Positions 36,667 through 45,447 of a stretch of DNA of 64,000 nt are shown here, piece by piece. How positions within the stretch are numbered: position 1 is the first letter of the stretch; each line of letters starts with the position of its first letter. The translations under genes were made by a program, and so were the position numbers. The stretch comes from Gammaproteobacteria bacterium (GTDB lineage Bacteria; Pseudomonadota; Gammaproteobacteria; S012-40): contig JALUUH010000138.1 in the NCBI GenBank assembly GCA_027021445.1, positions 8,275-72,274 of the forward strand, given 5' to 3'. The notes beneath the pieces are model-generated. The model saw nothing but the letters and a program-made list of their open reading frames with translations. It was not told the DNA's origin and searched no databases.

Positions 36667-38076
36667 TTACCGCTCGTAAGCCATTTCATGCGCATAACGA
36701 CCATCAGGTATGATAGTACCTTCACGGGCTGTCATCCACATGTTGTATAACCAAATTGTGTTACCGGTAAATACCATAGTTCCACCAATCCAACGTGCAA
36801 TCATATATGGATGCTCAGCAATAACCACATCAATATATGGAACTTCGTAGATTTTACCAGCGCCTTGAATGAGTCCGGCGATAGTCATGGATATCCAGTA
36901 AATACAGAAACCTACAATTACAAACCAATAATGCAGATTTGCCAAGGCTAATGAATAGAGTTTACGGCGTAACATTGCTTGTAAACCGAAGTAAACTGCA
37001 GCAATCTCTAGGAATGTAGACATTCCTAACAACGCTAAATGCGCATGCGCAACAATCCAACCAGTACCATGTACGTACCAGTTAATAGCGCGAGTTTGCT
37101 GGAAGCCACCTTGCATATTCAATGGAATCGCAAGCAAAACACCTGTTACGGAGAATTTGATTTCTACATTCTCTACAAACAAGCTCCACTTACCTTTCAT
37201 TGTTAACAATATGTTAGCAATAAAAGCCACTGCCGGGATAAGAATCAAAACACCTTCTACTGAAGCAAAAGACTTCAACCATTCAGGCAGCGGAGCCGAC
37301 ATCAAATGATGAGAAGCGGGTGTTGAGTAGAAAGCGATGATTGACCAAAAATGCAAATGACCAATTCTATGCGAATAAAGGGGATTCCCCGTTATTTTTG
37401 GAATTGTATAATAAGCAATAGCCGCTGCAACCGGCGTGATCCATAGACCAAGCAAGTTATGTGCGTGCCAGAAAGTCAAATAAGCTTCTGTTAAACCAGT
37501 CAGGTTAAAGAGCTCGGGTGATTGACCAATAGTTACTGTGATTATGGTCAAAAATATCATCGAGCCAAAAAACCAGTTCGTGATGTATATGCCCTGGGTT
37601 TTACGATGAGCAATTGTCATCCAAACATTAATACCCAATGGAAGTAAAACACCAAAAATAACGACTAAATCGATAGGCCAAATCAAGTCACTGTATTCAC
37701 GACCTGAAGTAATCCCCATCCATAACAATAGAAGCCCTAGACTTAAACCAATGTTCCATAGAAACACATTCCATAAGCCTAATTTTTCTGACCATAACTT
37801 GGTATTACCCAGTGATGGCGTCATGTACATCATCGTCATGGCAAAAGCCATAGAAATCCAACCAAGAATTACCGCAAGCACATGCACTTGACGCATATGG
37901 CCAAACGCAAATAACTCCGTACCAGTAACCCAGTCAGGAAACGCAAGTTTTGCAGCGTTAAACGAGCCTAAACCCGTTCCTACTACAAACCAGAAAATAG
38001 ATGAATAACCAAAGAATATGGTTGCCGACCCAACCGGTATGTCCTCATTCTTTGCAAATAATAATTTTAGCAGCAT
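36667..38076 (-). CDS. C-family (cbb3-type) haem-copper oxidase catalytic subunit, CcoN-like, 469 aa
   Basis: It has 12 TM helices. By my count, H65 ('MRQVH'), H206 ('WHAHN'), Y250 with H256/H257 ('AFYSTPASHH') and H344/H346 ('VAHAH') are present. Their spacing equals that of the CcoN ligand set including the cross-link Tyr. Confidence 0.85.
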   Translation of the reverse strand: MLLKLLFAKNEDIPVGSATIFFGYSSIFWFVVGTGLGSFNAAKLAFPDWVTGTELFAFGHMRQVHVLAVILGWISMAFAMTMMYMTPSLGNTKLWSEKLGLWNVFLWNIGLSLGLLLLWMGITSGREYSDLIWPIDLVVIFGVLLPLGINVWMTIAHRKTQGIYITNWFFGSMIFLTIITVTIGQSPELFNLTGLTEAYLTFWHAHNLLGLWITPVAAAIAYYTIPKITGNPLYSHRIGHLHFWSIIAFYSTPASHHLMSAPLPEWLKSFASVEGVLILIPAVAFIANILLTMKGKWSLFVENVEIKFSVTGVLLAIPLNMQGGFQQTRAINWYVHGTGWIVAHAHLALLGMSTFLEIAAVYFGLQAMLRRKLYSLALANLHYWFVIVGFCIYWISMTIAGLIQGAGKIYEVPYIDVVIAEHPYMIARWIGGTMVFTGNTIWLYNMWMTAREGTIIPDGRYAHEMAYER

Positions 38077-38122
38077 TTAAACAGTCCTCCCAATTAATAA
38101 ACCCTGATAATCAAATACAAGA

Positions 38123-38212
38123 TCACTCTTGCATTTTATTAAAAAGGTACCAGGACAACCACATACTTGAAAAAGCAAGCAGAATCCCACAAGCGCCCGC
38201 AAATGTAGCCAT
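38123..38212 (-). CDS. Tiny TM peptide, 29 aa (not in ORF track)
   Basis: The SD TAGGAGG lies 7 nt before the ATG. The sequence is MATFAGACGILLAFSSMWLSWYLFNKMQE. It lies immediately upstream of the ccoN-like start. Confidence 0.4.
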   Translation of the reverse strand: MATFAGACGILLAFSSMWLSWYLFNKMQE

Positions 38213-38231
38213 GCCAAACCTCCTAATTTAA

Positions 38232-38522
38232 TTACCAACCAGTGTTATCGCGTTGAGACTCGATTTCACCATGTTTTTTCATTGCTAGACCAAAGATGAT
38301 CGCGAAAGCAAGCCCAAAAGCAAGCATCATGACATCTACGAAACCCGAGAAAGTTGATGGATTATAAGCTTCTCCATACCAACCGCCCCAGCTTTCATAC
38401 GGCCCTCTACCAACCGCACACATAACCGCGGCACCAAACACACTTCCATTCCCCATACCGGTAGTAAAAGCACCGATAACAAGAGCCCAGAAAGTCTTTC
38501 CTATTGTTAACTTATTTTGCAT
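38232..38522 (-). CDS. Small 3-TM membrane protein, 96 aa
   Basis: I moved the start to ATG 38522 (GGAGG upstream). The protein is Gly-rich and hydrophobic. It is the first gene of the ccoN-like operon. Confidence 0.5.
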   Translation of the reverse strand: MQNKLTIGKTFWALVIGAFTTGMGNGSVFGAAVMCAVGRGPYESWGGWYGEAYNPSTFSGFVDVMMLAFGLAFAIIFGLAMKKHGEIESQRDNTGW

Positions 38523-38797
38523 CTCCACCCTCCGAAGCAAATGATAAGACCCTATTAAAACGCAAATTCCCAAAGCAAATTATGATAATTAGTTTATGAA
38601 AACTTACACATCCCCCAAGCAAATGAGGAAACCTTGGCAGATTGACACAGCTAATGATTAACGTCAAGATAATTGTATGAAAAAACAATGGGCGACAAAA
38701 TGTTGGCAATCCCATAACAAAAAATAATACAATCATCACATTGAGAACACATAGAAACAACTATCTGTTTAATCAAAAATTAGAAAAGGCAGGAAAA

Positions 38798-39001
38798 ATG
38801 CAGAAAAGAGAAATGGCTATTTATATCTTTGTCGCCCTCAGCTCACTATTGGTAGTCTCTTACACAGTACACATGCTTATTGGAGGATTAGTTAGCGAAG
38901 AACTCGAAACACAGATAACAATTGGCGTGACCTTATTTTGGGCCTGCCTCATTATTGCAGCTGGCTTTGACATCGCCAAACGAAGAGGACTCAGAAATTG
39001 A
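38798..39001 (+). CDS. Small 2-TM protein, 67 aa (only plus-strand gene inside the island besides 28485)
   Basis: ATG 38798 follows AGGCAGGAAAA. It has two hydrophobic helices. Confidence 0.35.
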   Translation: MQKREMAIYIFVALSSLLVVSYTVHMLIGGLVSEELETQITIGVTLFWACLIIAAGFDIAKRRGLRN

Positions 39002-39105
39002 GAGACGGCAAGCTGAAAAAGCAAAATGGTATTTACGCAACACAAGAAAACATCAAGTATTTTATCACTATTTATGAATGACTAATAATGAAAAACCACA
39101 GCCGA

Positions 39106-39561
39106 TTACCTAAACACACGAAGCAAAGCCTTCGCTTCACTAAAGCTGCTTTCACTTGAAAATTGACCCTTATGAAAAACTTGCTGCTGTTTTTTTCCTT
39201 CCCCATCCAAACCGGACAAGCCTATACTTTTACCCGCAGTATCCGAAAAAAACCTCACATCCTTCACCATATCGATTGCTTCGCCGTTGCGCAACTCCAA
39301 ACGCACCGACTTATGTGACACATCCAAAGCTATAGCCGATGACGGCAATATCATTAACCGAGTTTTGGCAATGCGATTAAATGCGATCAAGAAAATCATA
39401 GTCGTCATAAACACTAATAGATAAGTAATGTTTTGCTCTCCATTAAACCAAAATTGCGCGGCAATTGAGACCAACGCTACCAGTGTTGGAATATATAGCA
39501 GCAAATCCCACTTCACGCCCTTTTTATCTTGCACAAACTCAAATCTAGAACTTTTTGACAT
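39106..39561 (-). CDS. Membrane protein (2 TM + soluble C-terminal domain), 151 aa
   Basis: It is an ORF packed 4 nt after the upstream gene. I recognised no motif. Confidence 0.45.
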   Translation of the reverse strand: MSKSSRFEFVQDKKGVKWDLLLYIPTLVALVSIAAQFWFNGEQNITYLLVFMTTMIFLIAFNRIAKTRLMILPSSAIALDVSHKSVRLELRNGEAIDMVKDVRFFSDTAGKSIGLSGLDGEGKKQQQVFHKGQFSSESSFSEAKALLRVFR

Positions 39562-39565
39562 ATAC

Positions 39566-40072
39566 CTAACCTTTCTGCTCTGCCAGTATCCGGCCTAATA
39601 CACCATCCAACTCACCATAAAGTAGGCGACCAGGCCGACGAAACACAACTGTACCAGAAGTATCAATAATAAATGTCCACGGATCACCCTTAACCCGATA
39701 GGAAATAAACGCCTCTGGATTCATATATTGATCCATATGCAGAAAAATAACATCTTTTCCATACTTATCAATAATGGCTTTTAACATTTGGAGCTGCTTA
39801 TCACACACCGTACAATGACCAGGCGTAGCAAACTCAATAACAACCGCCTTGTTCAACGCAAGAGCATCATCAACTGAATACTGATACATTCGCGCATCAG
39901 GATGACGATAACTCGTCAACCTACTTAAGTCCCCGCCCACATCATCAATGAATTTGGTTCGCAGACTCGGCGCCTCCATTCCCAAACCCAATTTGCCCGC
40001 AGGATCTTCCATTCCACAGCCAACCAGAAGACTAAACACACCTAATAACAAAGAAAACTTAACGAGCCTCAT
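39566..40072 (-). CDS. TlpA-like thioredoxin-fold lipoprotein (redoxin family), 168 aa
   Basis: I moved the start to ATG 40072. A lipobox is present ('SLLVGCG'). 'VVIEFATPGHCTVCDKQL' has the CxxC in the thioredoxin position. Confidence 0.65.
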   Translation of the reverse strand: MRLVKFSLLLGVFSLLVGCGMEDPAGKLGLGMEAPSLRTKFIDDVGGDLSRLTSYRHPDARMYQYSVDDALALNKAVVIEFATPGHCTVCDKQLQMLKAIIDKYGKDVIFLHMDQYMNPEAFISYRVKGDPWTFIIDTSGTVVFRRPGRLLYGELDGVLGRILAEQKG

Positions 40073-40589
40073 AAGCTTTTTCCCAATTAGAGCAGGTCTT
40101 ATATAAATTATACGCCCAGACAAAATTTGCTAATAAAACCAAGGTACCAAATATGCCCATGATAGCCAATAAAGGCTTCACTATAACCTCTACTTCCTGA
40201 GGCGTAGACATCACACTGGCCATACCACCCATTGTTCCAGCCATAACAAAAAACACCACCATACCGATGACACCCACGTTATGAACCCAAAAATGCACCT
40301 TAACTAAAGCCAAGCTGTAAATTGGCCTCTTGACCAGTCGCGGAACAATATAATAGATAGCTGCAAATATTGCCATTTCGACCCACCCAAGTAAATTTAT
40401 ATGAGTGTGGCCACGCACTATTAAATCACCATGAAGACGATGATCGACGAAATAGCGAAACTCAGCTATTCCTCCCATTAAAGCACCCCATGAAAAACCG
40501 ATAATACTGTATATGATACATGCATATACAAACCACAAAGTATACTTTCGATACTCAATATCATTCTCATGAATCCACGGCAAAGACAT
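40059..40589 (-). CDS. Stand-alone membrane protein homologous to CcoN helices ~IX-XII, 176 aa
   Basis: 'RGHTHINLLGWVEMAIFAAIYYIVPRLVKRPIYSLALVKVHFW' aligns with 'VAHAHLALLGMSTFLEIAAVYFGLQAMLRRKLYSLALANLHYW' of ORF 36667-38076. ATG 40589 is the likely start. Confidence 0.6.
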   Translation of the reverse strand: MSLPWIHENDIEYRKYTLWFVYACIIYSIIGFSWGALMGGIAEFRYFVDHRLHGDLIVRGHTHINLLGWVEMAIFAAIYYIVPRLVKRPIYSLALVKVHFWVHNVGVIGMVVFFVMAGTMGGMASVMSTPQEVEVIVKPLLAIMGIFGTLVLLANFVWAYNLYKTCSNWEKAYEAR

Positions 40590-40612
40590 TTGCAACAACC
40601 CTTCTATTTTAA

Positions 40613-41209
40613 TTATTTATCTTCCAACAAAACATCTGCCTCTGTAGGCGTCTTTTCTCTAATATCTGTATATTTATCACCCCATTCTTTAGGAGCCCAC
40701 ATTTCCACCATATTATCAATAAAAGCCGACTTTTCGGGCGGCGGCACTTTAGCAACAGAAGAACCAGGATCCGCCTTGAGCTCAGATAAAAATACCACAA
40801 TAGCATGCCGATCTTCAGCACTCATTTCACTGGCATAAGCTGCTTCTTTTGGGCGCAAACCATGGTCTAAAGTAATCCCGCCCTCATACACCGATTCCGG
40901 ATGCAAAAGAAATTGAGCCAGCCATTCTTTTGAACGTTTGGAACCAATCCCATCCAGAGACAGGCCCATACTGGTGCCAGTTCTTAATGCTCGATGACAG
41001 GAATTGCAACGTGCTTCACGGTATATTTTAGAACCCTGACTCCCTAATGGCGAAAAATCAAAATGCGTTGTCTGAGCAAACAAAGGCTCTTCAGAATTCA
41101 GTCTCACCGTTTCCAATCCAACGTATGCAATTAACGCCAACAAGAAAAAAACCCCAAATACTATAAATAAAATTTTCTCACCCGACTTTAAAGATTGTTT
41201 TTTTTTCAT
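40613..41209 (-). CDS. Membrane-anchored monohaem cytochrome c with CcoO-like haem domain, 198 aa
   Basis: It has a TM anchor and a single CNSCH. 'GLSLDGIGSKRSKEWLAQFLLHP' parallels CcoO. The start at ATG 41209 is preferred over the TTG at 41248. Confidence 0.65.
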   Translation of the reverse strand: MKKKQSLKSGEKILFIVFGVFFLLALIAYVGLETVRLNSEEPLFAQTTHFDFSPLGSQGSKIYREARCNSCHRALRTGTSMGLSLDGIGSKRSKEWLAQFLLHPESVYEGGITLDHGLRPKEAAYASEMSAEDRHAIVVFLSELKADPGSSVAKVPPPEKSAFIDNMVEMWAPKEWGDKYTDIREKTPTEADVLLEDK

Positions 41210-41410
41210 TATGTAACCGCACCAAATTAATTTAAAAAGCAATGGCAAAGAACTGCGAGCATATAGACTTGCTAATAAATGACTAGTTCACCCTTGCAAA
41301 ATATAAATATTGAAAGCAAAACATGTACGCTCGCCAAATCTAACAAAAAACCTCTAGAGAAAAAATCAATTTCGCAAATTATATTTCAATAAAACCCTAC
41401 TTTATTAAAA

Positions 41411-41450
41411 ACAAAAAAAAAGCGGGCTAAATGCCCGCTTTTCTTTTTTG
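41411..41450 (-). terminator. Rho-independent (bidirectional-looking) terminator after the cytochrome c4 gene
   Basis: The sequence is A8-agcgggc-taaat-gcccgct-T-rich. Confidence 0.8.
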
Positions 41451-41458
41451 CTTTTTAA

Positions 41459-42220
41459 CTAGTAGCCTCTTTCATAGGGCTGCATGATATTGCCCAATGA
41501 ATACGCAGATGCATTCGTTAAGTACGCCGCCGCATTATTAATATCTTCATCAGTCATGTTTTTAGCAACTTTTTGCATTTGACTTTGCGGATCATTTGTT
41601 CTTGACCCATCACGCCATTTTTTCAATTGATTGACTAAATATACATACTTTTGAAGTCCAATTTGCGGATAAATTGGTGGCGCACCACGCCCATTATAGC
41701 CATGACAAGCTCTACAAGAAGGCACGGGCTTAGCTCGATTGCCCTGACCATACTCAACTAAAGTCTTACCTTTGTGAGTCAAACCAACTTCAACACCCTG
41801 CTCTTTCAGGGCATTTAAATCAGATCCTTTGTACTCATCAGCCTTACCCGTTGTTAGGGTTGACAAATAGAAAGAAACGTCATTTCGATCCTGCGCCGAT
41901 AACCCCTTCGCATTATCATTCATAACAAACATAGTAGTGTCCAAACGCTTGTCAGTTGCATAATCTTCTAACTGCTTACGCAGAAAAACCCAAAACTGAC
42001 CCGCGATACGAGGCGTTCCTAATGCGTCATCACCTGTGCCATCTTGACCATGACACGATGAACACGCAGGAACTGAACCCTTACCGTTCTCATATATACT
42101 CTTACCATTCGCAACATCACCACTACCCTTTGGGTATTGCGGCGAAGACATTACTAATGAAGGTACTACTGCCCCTACTACGAAAGCGGCGACAGAAATA
42201 GCGGTGACTAACCGTTTCAT
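41459..42220 (-). CDS. Dihaem cytochrome c4-type protein, 253 aa
   Basis: It has a signal peptide and two CxxCH motifs (CSSCH, CRACH). Each is followed by a 'G...P.I.GQ' and Met-loop pattern ('LKKWRDGSRTND...MQKVA'). Confidence 0.8.
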   Translation of the reverse strand: MKRLVTAISVAAFVVGAVVPSLVMSSPQYPKGSGDVANGKSIYENGKGSVPACSSCHGQDGTGDDALGTPRIAGQFWVFLRKQLEDYATDKRLDTTMFVMNDNAKGLSAQDRNDVSFYLSTLTTGKADEYKGSDLNALKEQGVEVGLTHKGKTLVEYGQGNRAKPVPSCRACHGYNGRGAPPIYPQIGLQKYVYLVNQLKKWRDGSRTNDPQSQMQKVAKNMTDEDINNAAAYLTNASAYSLGNIMQPYERGY

Positions 42221-42350
42221 AACGAAGAAGCCCTCCCAAGTTAATTTTTAGCTTCCCAGAAACCTAAAATTTTTATTCTTTCCAGCCAAATACATTCAGC
42301 TAATTAATGAATTGGCTCAATACTGAAAGAACTAAAACCAACCAAAACTC

Positions 42351-42443
42351 TTACGAATTCATTTTAAGCATAAGCCAAGCAAGGACAAATGCTCCTGTGA
42401 ACCATAAGAGGTATAGAATTGCAATCGATTCTGTTTGTAACAT
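42351..42443 (-). CDS. Tiny TM peptide, 30 aa (not in ORF track)
   Basis: The upstream context is GGAGGTGGGCATG. The sequence is MLQTESIAILYLLWFTGAFVLAWLMLKMNS. It lies upstream of the c4 gene. Confidence 0.35.
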   Translation of the reverse strand: MLQTESIAILYLLWFTGAFVLAWLMLKMNS

Positions 42444-42715
42444 GCCCACCTCCCTAAACAGACATTAAAACCATTTATTTCTAAATCGCCGAAATTTATA
42501 TTACAGCGAACTTAGGCATTCAATCATTAAATGAAAATGGAGTCAACAGGCATCTAAAAGCAATTTTACAAACCAATCCAAATAATTACTGATATTACTA
42601 CTTCAAAATCGCCGAGAATTTGGCTTTAAACATTAAAGATGACGCAGAAATACAATTCCGATATGCTTCAGCTCTTTGAATTAACCGACAGTAAATAACC
42701 CGACAAAAAACAAAT

Positions 42716-44212
42716 ATGAACACAAATAAAATACCTGAACAAGTCTACGCACTAGGATTACTTATAGTATGGGGCGGAGCACTACTCACTTTTGGCGTAC
42801 TGAGACTAGACGCCTACGGATTAGACGAAAACGCAGCTCGCGGACTGCTTTTAAACTGGTCCATATCTGATCAAATCATAAGCCCCGTATTGGTTTTAGG
42901 GGTGCCAGATTTTCGCGCACTGCTTTTTGCACCCATCGGTATTTATTGGTCAGGGAGTATTTTAGCAGCCAAAATATTTAGCTTAATTATTAGCTTCATA
43001 GCCATATACTTACTCTATAAATGGTGTGAAAAACAAGGCCGCCAAGAAGCAGGATTAGTTGCTGGCGCGCTACTTTTAATCTCACCCACCTTCATAAGTC
43101 AAATCGACACTATGGGCGCCGCGCCTTATTTACTTCTCGGGTTTGGACTTGGCGCATGGCTTGATAACGCATATCGCTCTCGCAACAAGGATTTCGGGGG
43201 GTGGTATTTTCTGCAGCTACTTTGGATAGCCATTCTTGTTACCCTACACCCTATTGGACTTGCCTACCCTATCGCACTCGCAATTTGGTGGAAAACAAAC
43301 CCTGACAAGGTAAAAAACAGTAGACATATATATGTCGGCATCCTGATCTCAGCCTTGCTTGCTACTGCAATTAAAATGGGCTGGCAAGACCTCAGCTGGT
43401 TTGCAAACCCCATTGAACAACTAGCGCTTGCACTGCAAGGCAAAACAATCTGGAGCACCGAAGATATATTCTGGTTTCCTGGGTTTATCGCAACCGTATT
43501 ACTTATAATCATCGTATTAATTGATTATAAAATCTTAACTAAAGACCTACTTGGAATCATGCTAATCGTTGCATTATTTCTAGGCTTATTTGTAGCAGAT
43601 AGCGTTTGGGCAACCATCGCAATCACAATAATCATCTTTCGCGGCCTTACAATATTGATTGATTTTCAACAATCAAAAACAAGATCCTCTTTCATTGGAC
43701 AACGCGGCCTGTTCATCATCATTGCCTTTTTAATTTCAACTTTTTTCATGTTTGAAGCCAAAACACATGCTCTTACCATAAAATACGAAATACTCAGTCC
43801 TGAAGATGAACTCATACATGCTCTCGCGGAAATCGCCAAAGATGAAAACAAACCTTTTCGCGCAGCCAGTCAATGGCCTGGGCGAACTGTTATAGCAACC
43901 AAGCGCGACGTTCTACCCCTGCCGCCTGGATTCGAGAGCCCAGAAGCTTTCTGGGAAAATGCGGGTAAAAATTTAACCCATATTATTTTTAACCCTAAAG
44001 CCCCTGAAAACCAAGAATTAACTGCCAACTTGGCAAACCTTGTCGGCAAAACAAATACCTTAGCCCTAATAAAAGGTGGTGCGCTAATAAAACTCATTGA
44101 TCACGAAGTAAAACTCTTTATCCGCCCTGATGAAGAAATCATAGAAGAAAAAACAGCGAGCACAAATCAACAATCTAACACCGAAGAAACAAGCAACCCA
44201 TCATTGAAATAA
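42716..44212 (+). CDS. Polytopic membrane protein, possibly GT-C-fold (ArnT/PMT-like) glycosyltransferase, 498 aa
   Basis: It has about 11 TM helices followed by a soluble C-terminal domain. An acidic 'LDAYGLDENAARG' motif sits in the first extracytoplasmic loop, as in GT-C enzymes. The assignment is inference only. Confidence 0.45.
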   Translation: MNTNKIPEQVYALGLLIVWGGALLTFGVLRLDAYGLDENAARGLLLNWSISDQIISPVLVLGVPDFRALLFAPIGIYWSGSILAAKIFSLIISFIAIYLLYKWCEKQGRQEAGLVAGALLLISPTFISQIDTMGAAPYLLLGFGLGAWLDNAYRSRNKDFGGWYFLQLLWIAILVTLHPIGLAYPIALAIWWKTNPDKVKNSRHIYVGILISALLATAIKMGWQDLSWFANPIEQLALALQGKTIWSTEDIFWFPGFIATVLLIIIVLIDYKILTKDLLGIMLIVALFLGLFVADSVWATIAITIIIFRGLTILIDFQQSKTRSSFIGQRGLFIIIAFLISTFFMFEAKTHALTIKYEILSPEDELIHALAEIAKDENKPFRAASQWPGRTVIATKRDVLPLPPGFESPEAFWENAGKNLTHIIFNPKAPENQELTANLANLVGKTNTLALIKGGALIKLIDHEVKLFIRPDEEIIEEKTASTNQQSNTEETSNPSLK

Positions 44213-44445
44213 AAACCAACAAAACTTGATCGGGAAATGCTCATATCAGGCTTGTTCGTAATGAACTGGCCTGATCTCACTCAAGTCTCTGGTTTTATAT
44301 CACTACTTACTTGACTCAGGTCAACACAATGAATTAGTTTTGATAATCCTTGCATAACTAATTAAGTATTAAAAAGCCAATAAAACAACGCCTCCATGAT
44401 GATATCGGGGATATCACCCGAAAGAGCGAAAGGAAAAATCATAGC

Positions 44446-45444
44446 ATGAACCGCGCATACCGGACGTTTGTTCTGTGGCTAATCTGGGGATCTGCCGCAA
44501 CAACCATTTATTTAGGACTCTATCTAGACACCGACATACTTACCTTTTTTCGTCAAGATGAAAGCAAAATCACATGGATTATCATGTTTTTATTTTTACT
44601 TGGCGTTGCTGCGAGCTTTTTCCTCACTGTCGCACTCACCAAGGAGAGTATCGAGGCTGAACTACAAGATCAATTAGCCAGCGACCAAGGAATAGCGGGG
44701 GTCAAACCCTCTGGTCGTAGAAAAAAAGCCGTCAACCGCTTTTATGATTCACTCAAAGTGGTTGCCCTATCCAATGAAAAGCCAAATATTGATGCTTTAC
44801 TCGAAGTAGAGTTCTCTTCATATTCTCGCATGAGCCATGGCATAGAAATACTAGGCAACCTACTCATTACACTGGGACTTATTGGCACCGTAATGGGGTT
44901 AACGCTGACACTTACCGGGCTTACCACATCACTTGATGCTCTTGGACACGACCAAGACATGCTTTTATCTGGGCTCCGTAAAGCAATGGGCGGCATGGGT
45001 ACCGCATTTTATACCACGCTCCTCGGCGCCGTACTGGGCGGCGTCTTGCTTCGAATTTTTGCATTAATCACTGAAAATGGCGTCGCATTTCTATTAGAAA
45101 TAGTCGCCAAAACCTGCATGATTCATTGCTCCGCCGATTTTAAACAAACCGTAGAACGCGACATTCGCTTCCTCAATGTGGAAGTAGAGGCATTAGGCAA
45201 TCGAGTCAAAAGTTTAAAAGGGGCGTTTGATGACTCCAAGCAATCCGTCAACGAATTTCATGACAGCATTAAAAAATTATACGAACTCGGCGGCAGTGAT
45301 GACGGAGTCTACACATTACGTGAAACCTTGCAGATGCAAAAATATTATCGCGCACTACTTCGCCAGGAACTCCAACTAATGAACCAATTGAACCGCTCTT
45401 GGTGGACCAGATTCAAAGAATATTTAACCGGTCGCGGAAAATAA
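44446..45444 (+). CDS. MotA-like ion-channel protein (MotA/TolQ/ExbB family) with ~110-aa C-terminal helical tail, 332 aa
   Basis: The topology is 2 TM, a loop, then 2 TM. Family motifs are 'ILGNLLITLGLIGTVMGL' and 'GMGTAFYTTLLGAVLGGVLL'. The tail 'RDIRFLNVEVEALGNRVKSLKGAFDDSKQSVNEFHDSIKKLYEL...' is coiled-coil-like. Confidence 0.7.
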   Translation: MNRAYRTFVLWLIWGSAATTIYLGLYLDTDILTFFRQDESKITWIIMFLFLLGVAASFFLTVALTKESIEAELQDQLASDQGIAGVKPSGRRKKAVNRFYDSLKVVALSNEKPNIDALLEVEFSSYSRMSHGIEILGNLLITLGLIGTVMGLTLTLTGLTTSLDALGHDQDMLLSGLRKAMGGMGTAFYTTLLGAVLGGVLLRIFALITENGVAFLLEIVAKTCMIHCSADFKQTVERDIRFLNVEVEALGNRVKSLKGAFDDSKQSVNEFHDSIKKLYELGGSDDGVYTLRETLQMQKYYRALLRQELQLMNQLNRSWWTRFKEYLTGRGK

Positions 45445-45447
45445 AAA

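Noticed and set aside
36667-38076. The haem-copper subunit I could be a nitric-oxide reductase (cNOR/qNOR-like) rather than an oxidase.
   Set aside because: The helix-VII Tyr sits six residues before the HH pair ('YSTPASHH'), as with the cbb3 cross-link Tyr. The partner subunit matches CcoO rather than NorC. Phylogeny would still be needed to be certain.
40059-40589. The short CcoN-like ORF could be a pseudogene fragment of a decayed second ccoN.
   Set aside because: The reading frame is intact, with a distinct N-terminus and a plausible ATG/SD. It is tightly coupled to flanking genes, and I saw no remnants of helices I-VIII upstream. Pseudogene status is not fully excluded without comparative data.
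42481-42625. Two direct copies of 'aaatcgccga(g)aattt' lie about 120 bp apart upstream of the GT-C-like gene.
   Set aside because: There are only two short (~15 nt) copies in AT-rich DNA, with no dyad symmetry and no obvious relation to a promoter. This is insufficient to call a regulatory site.
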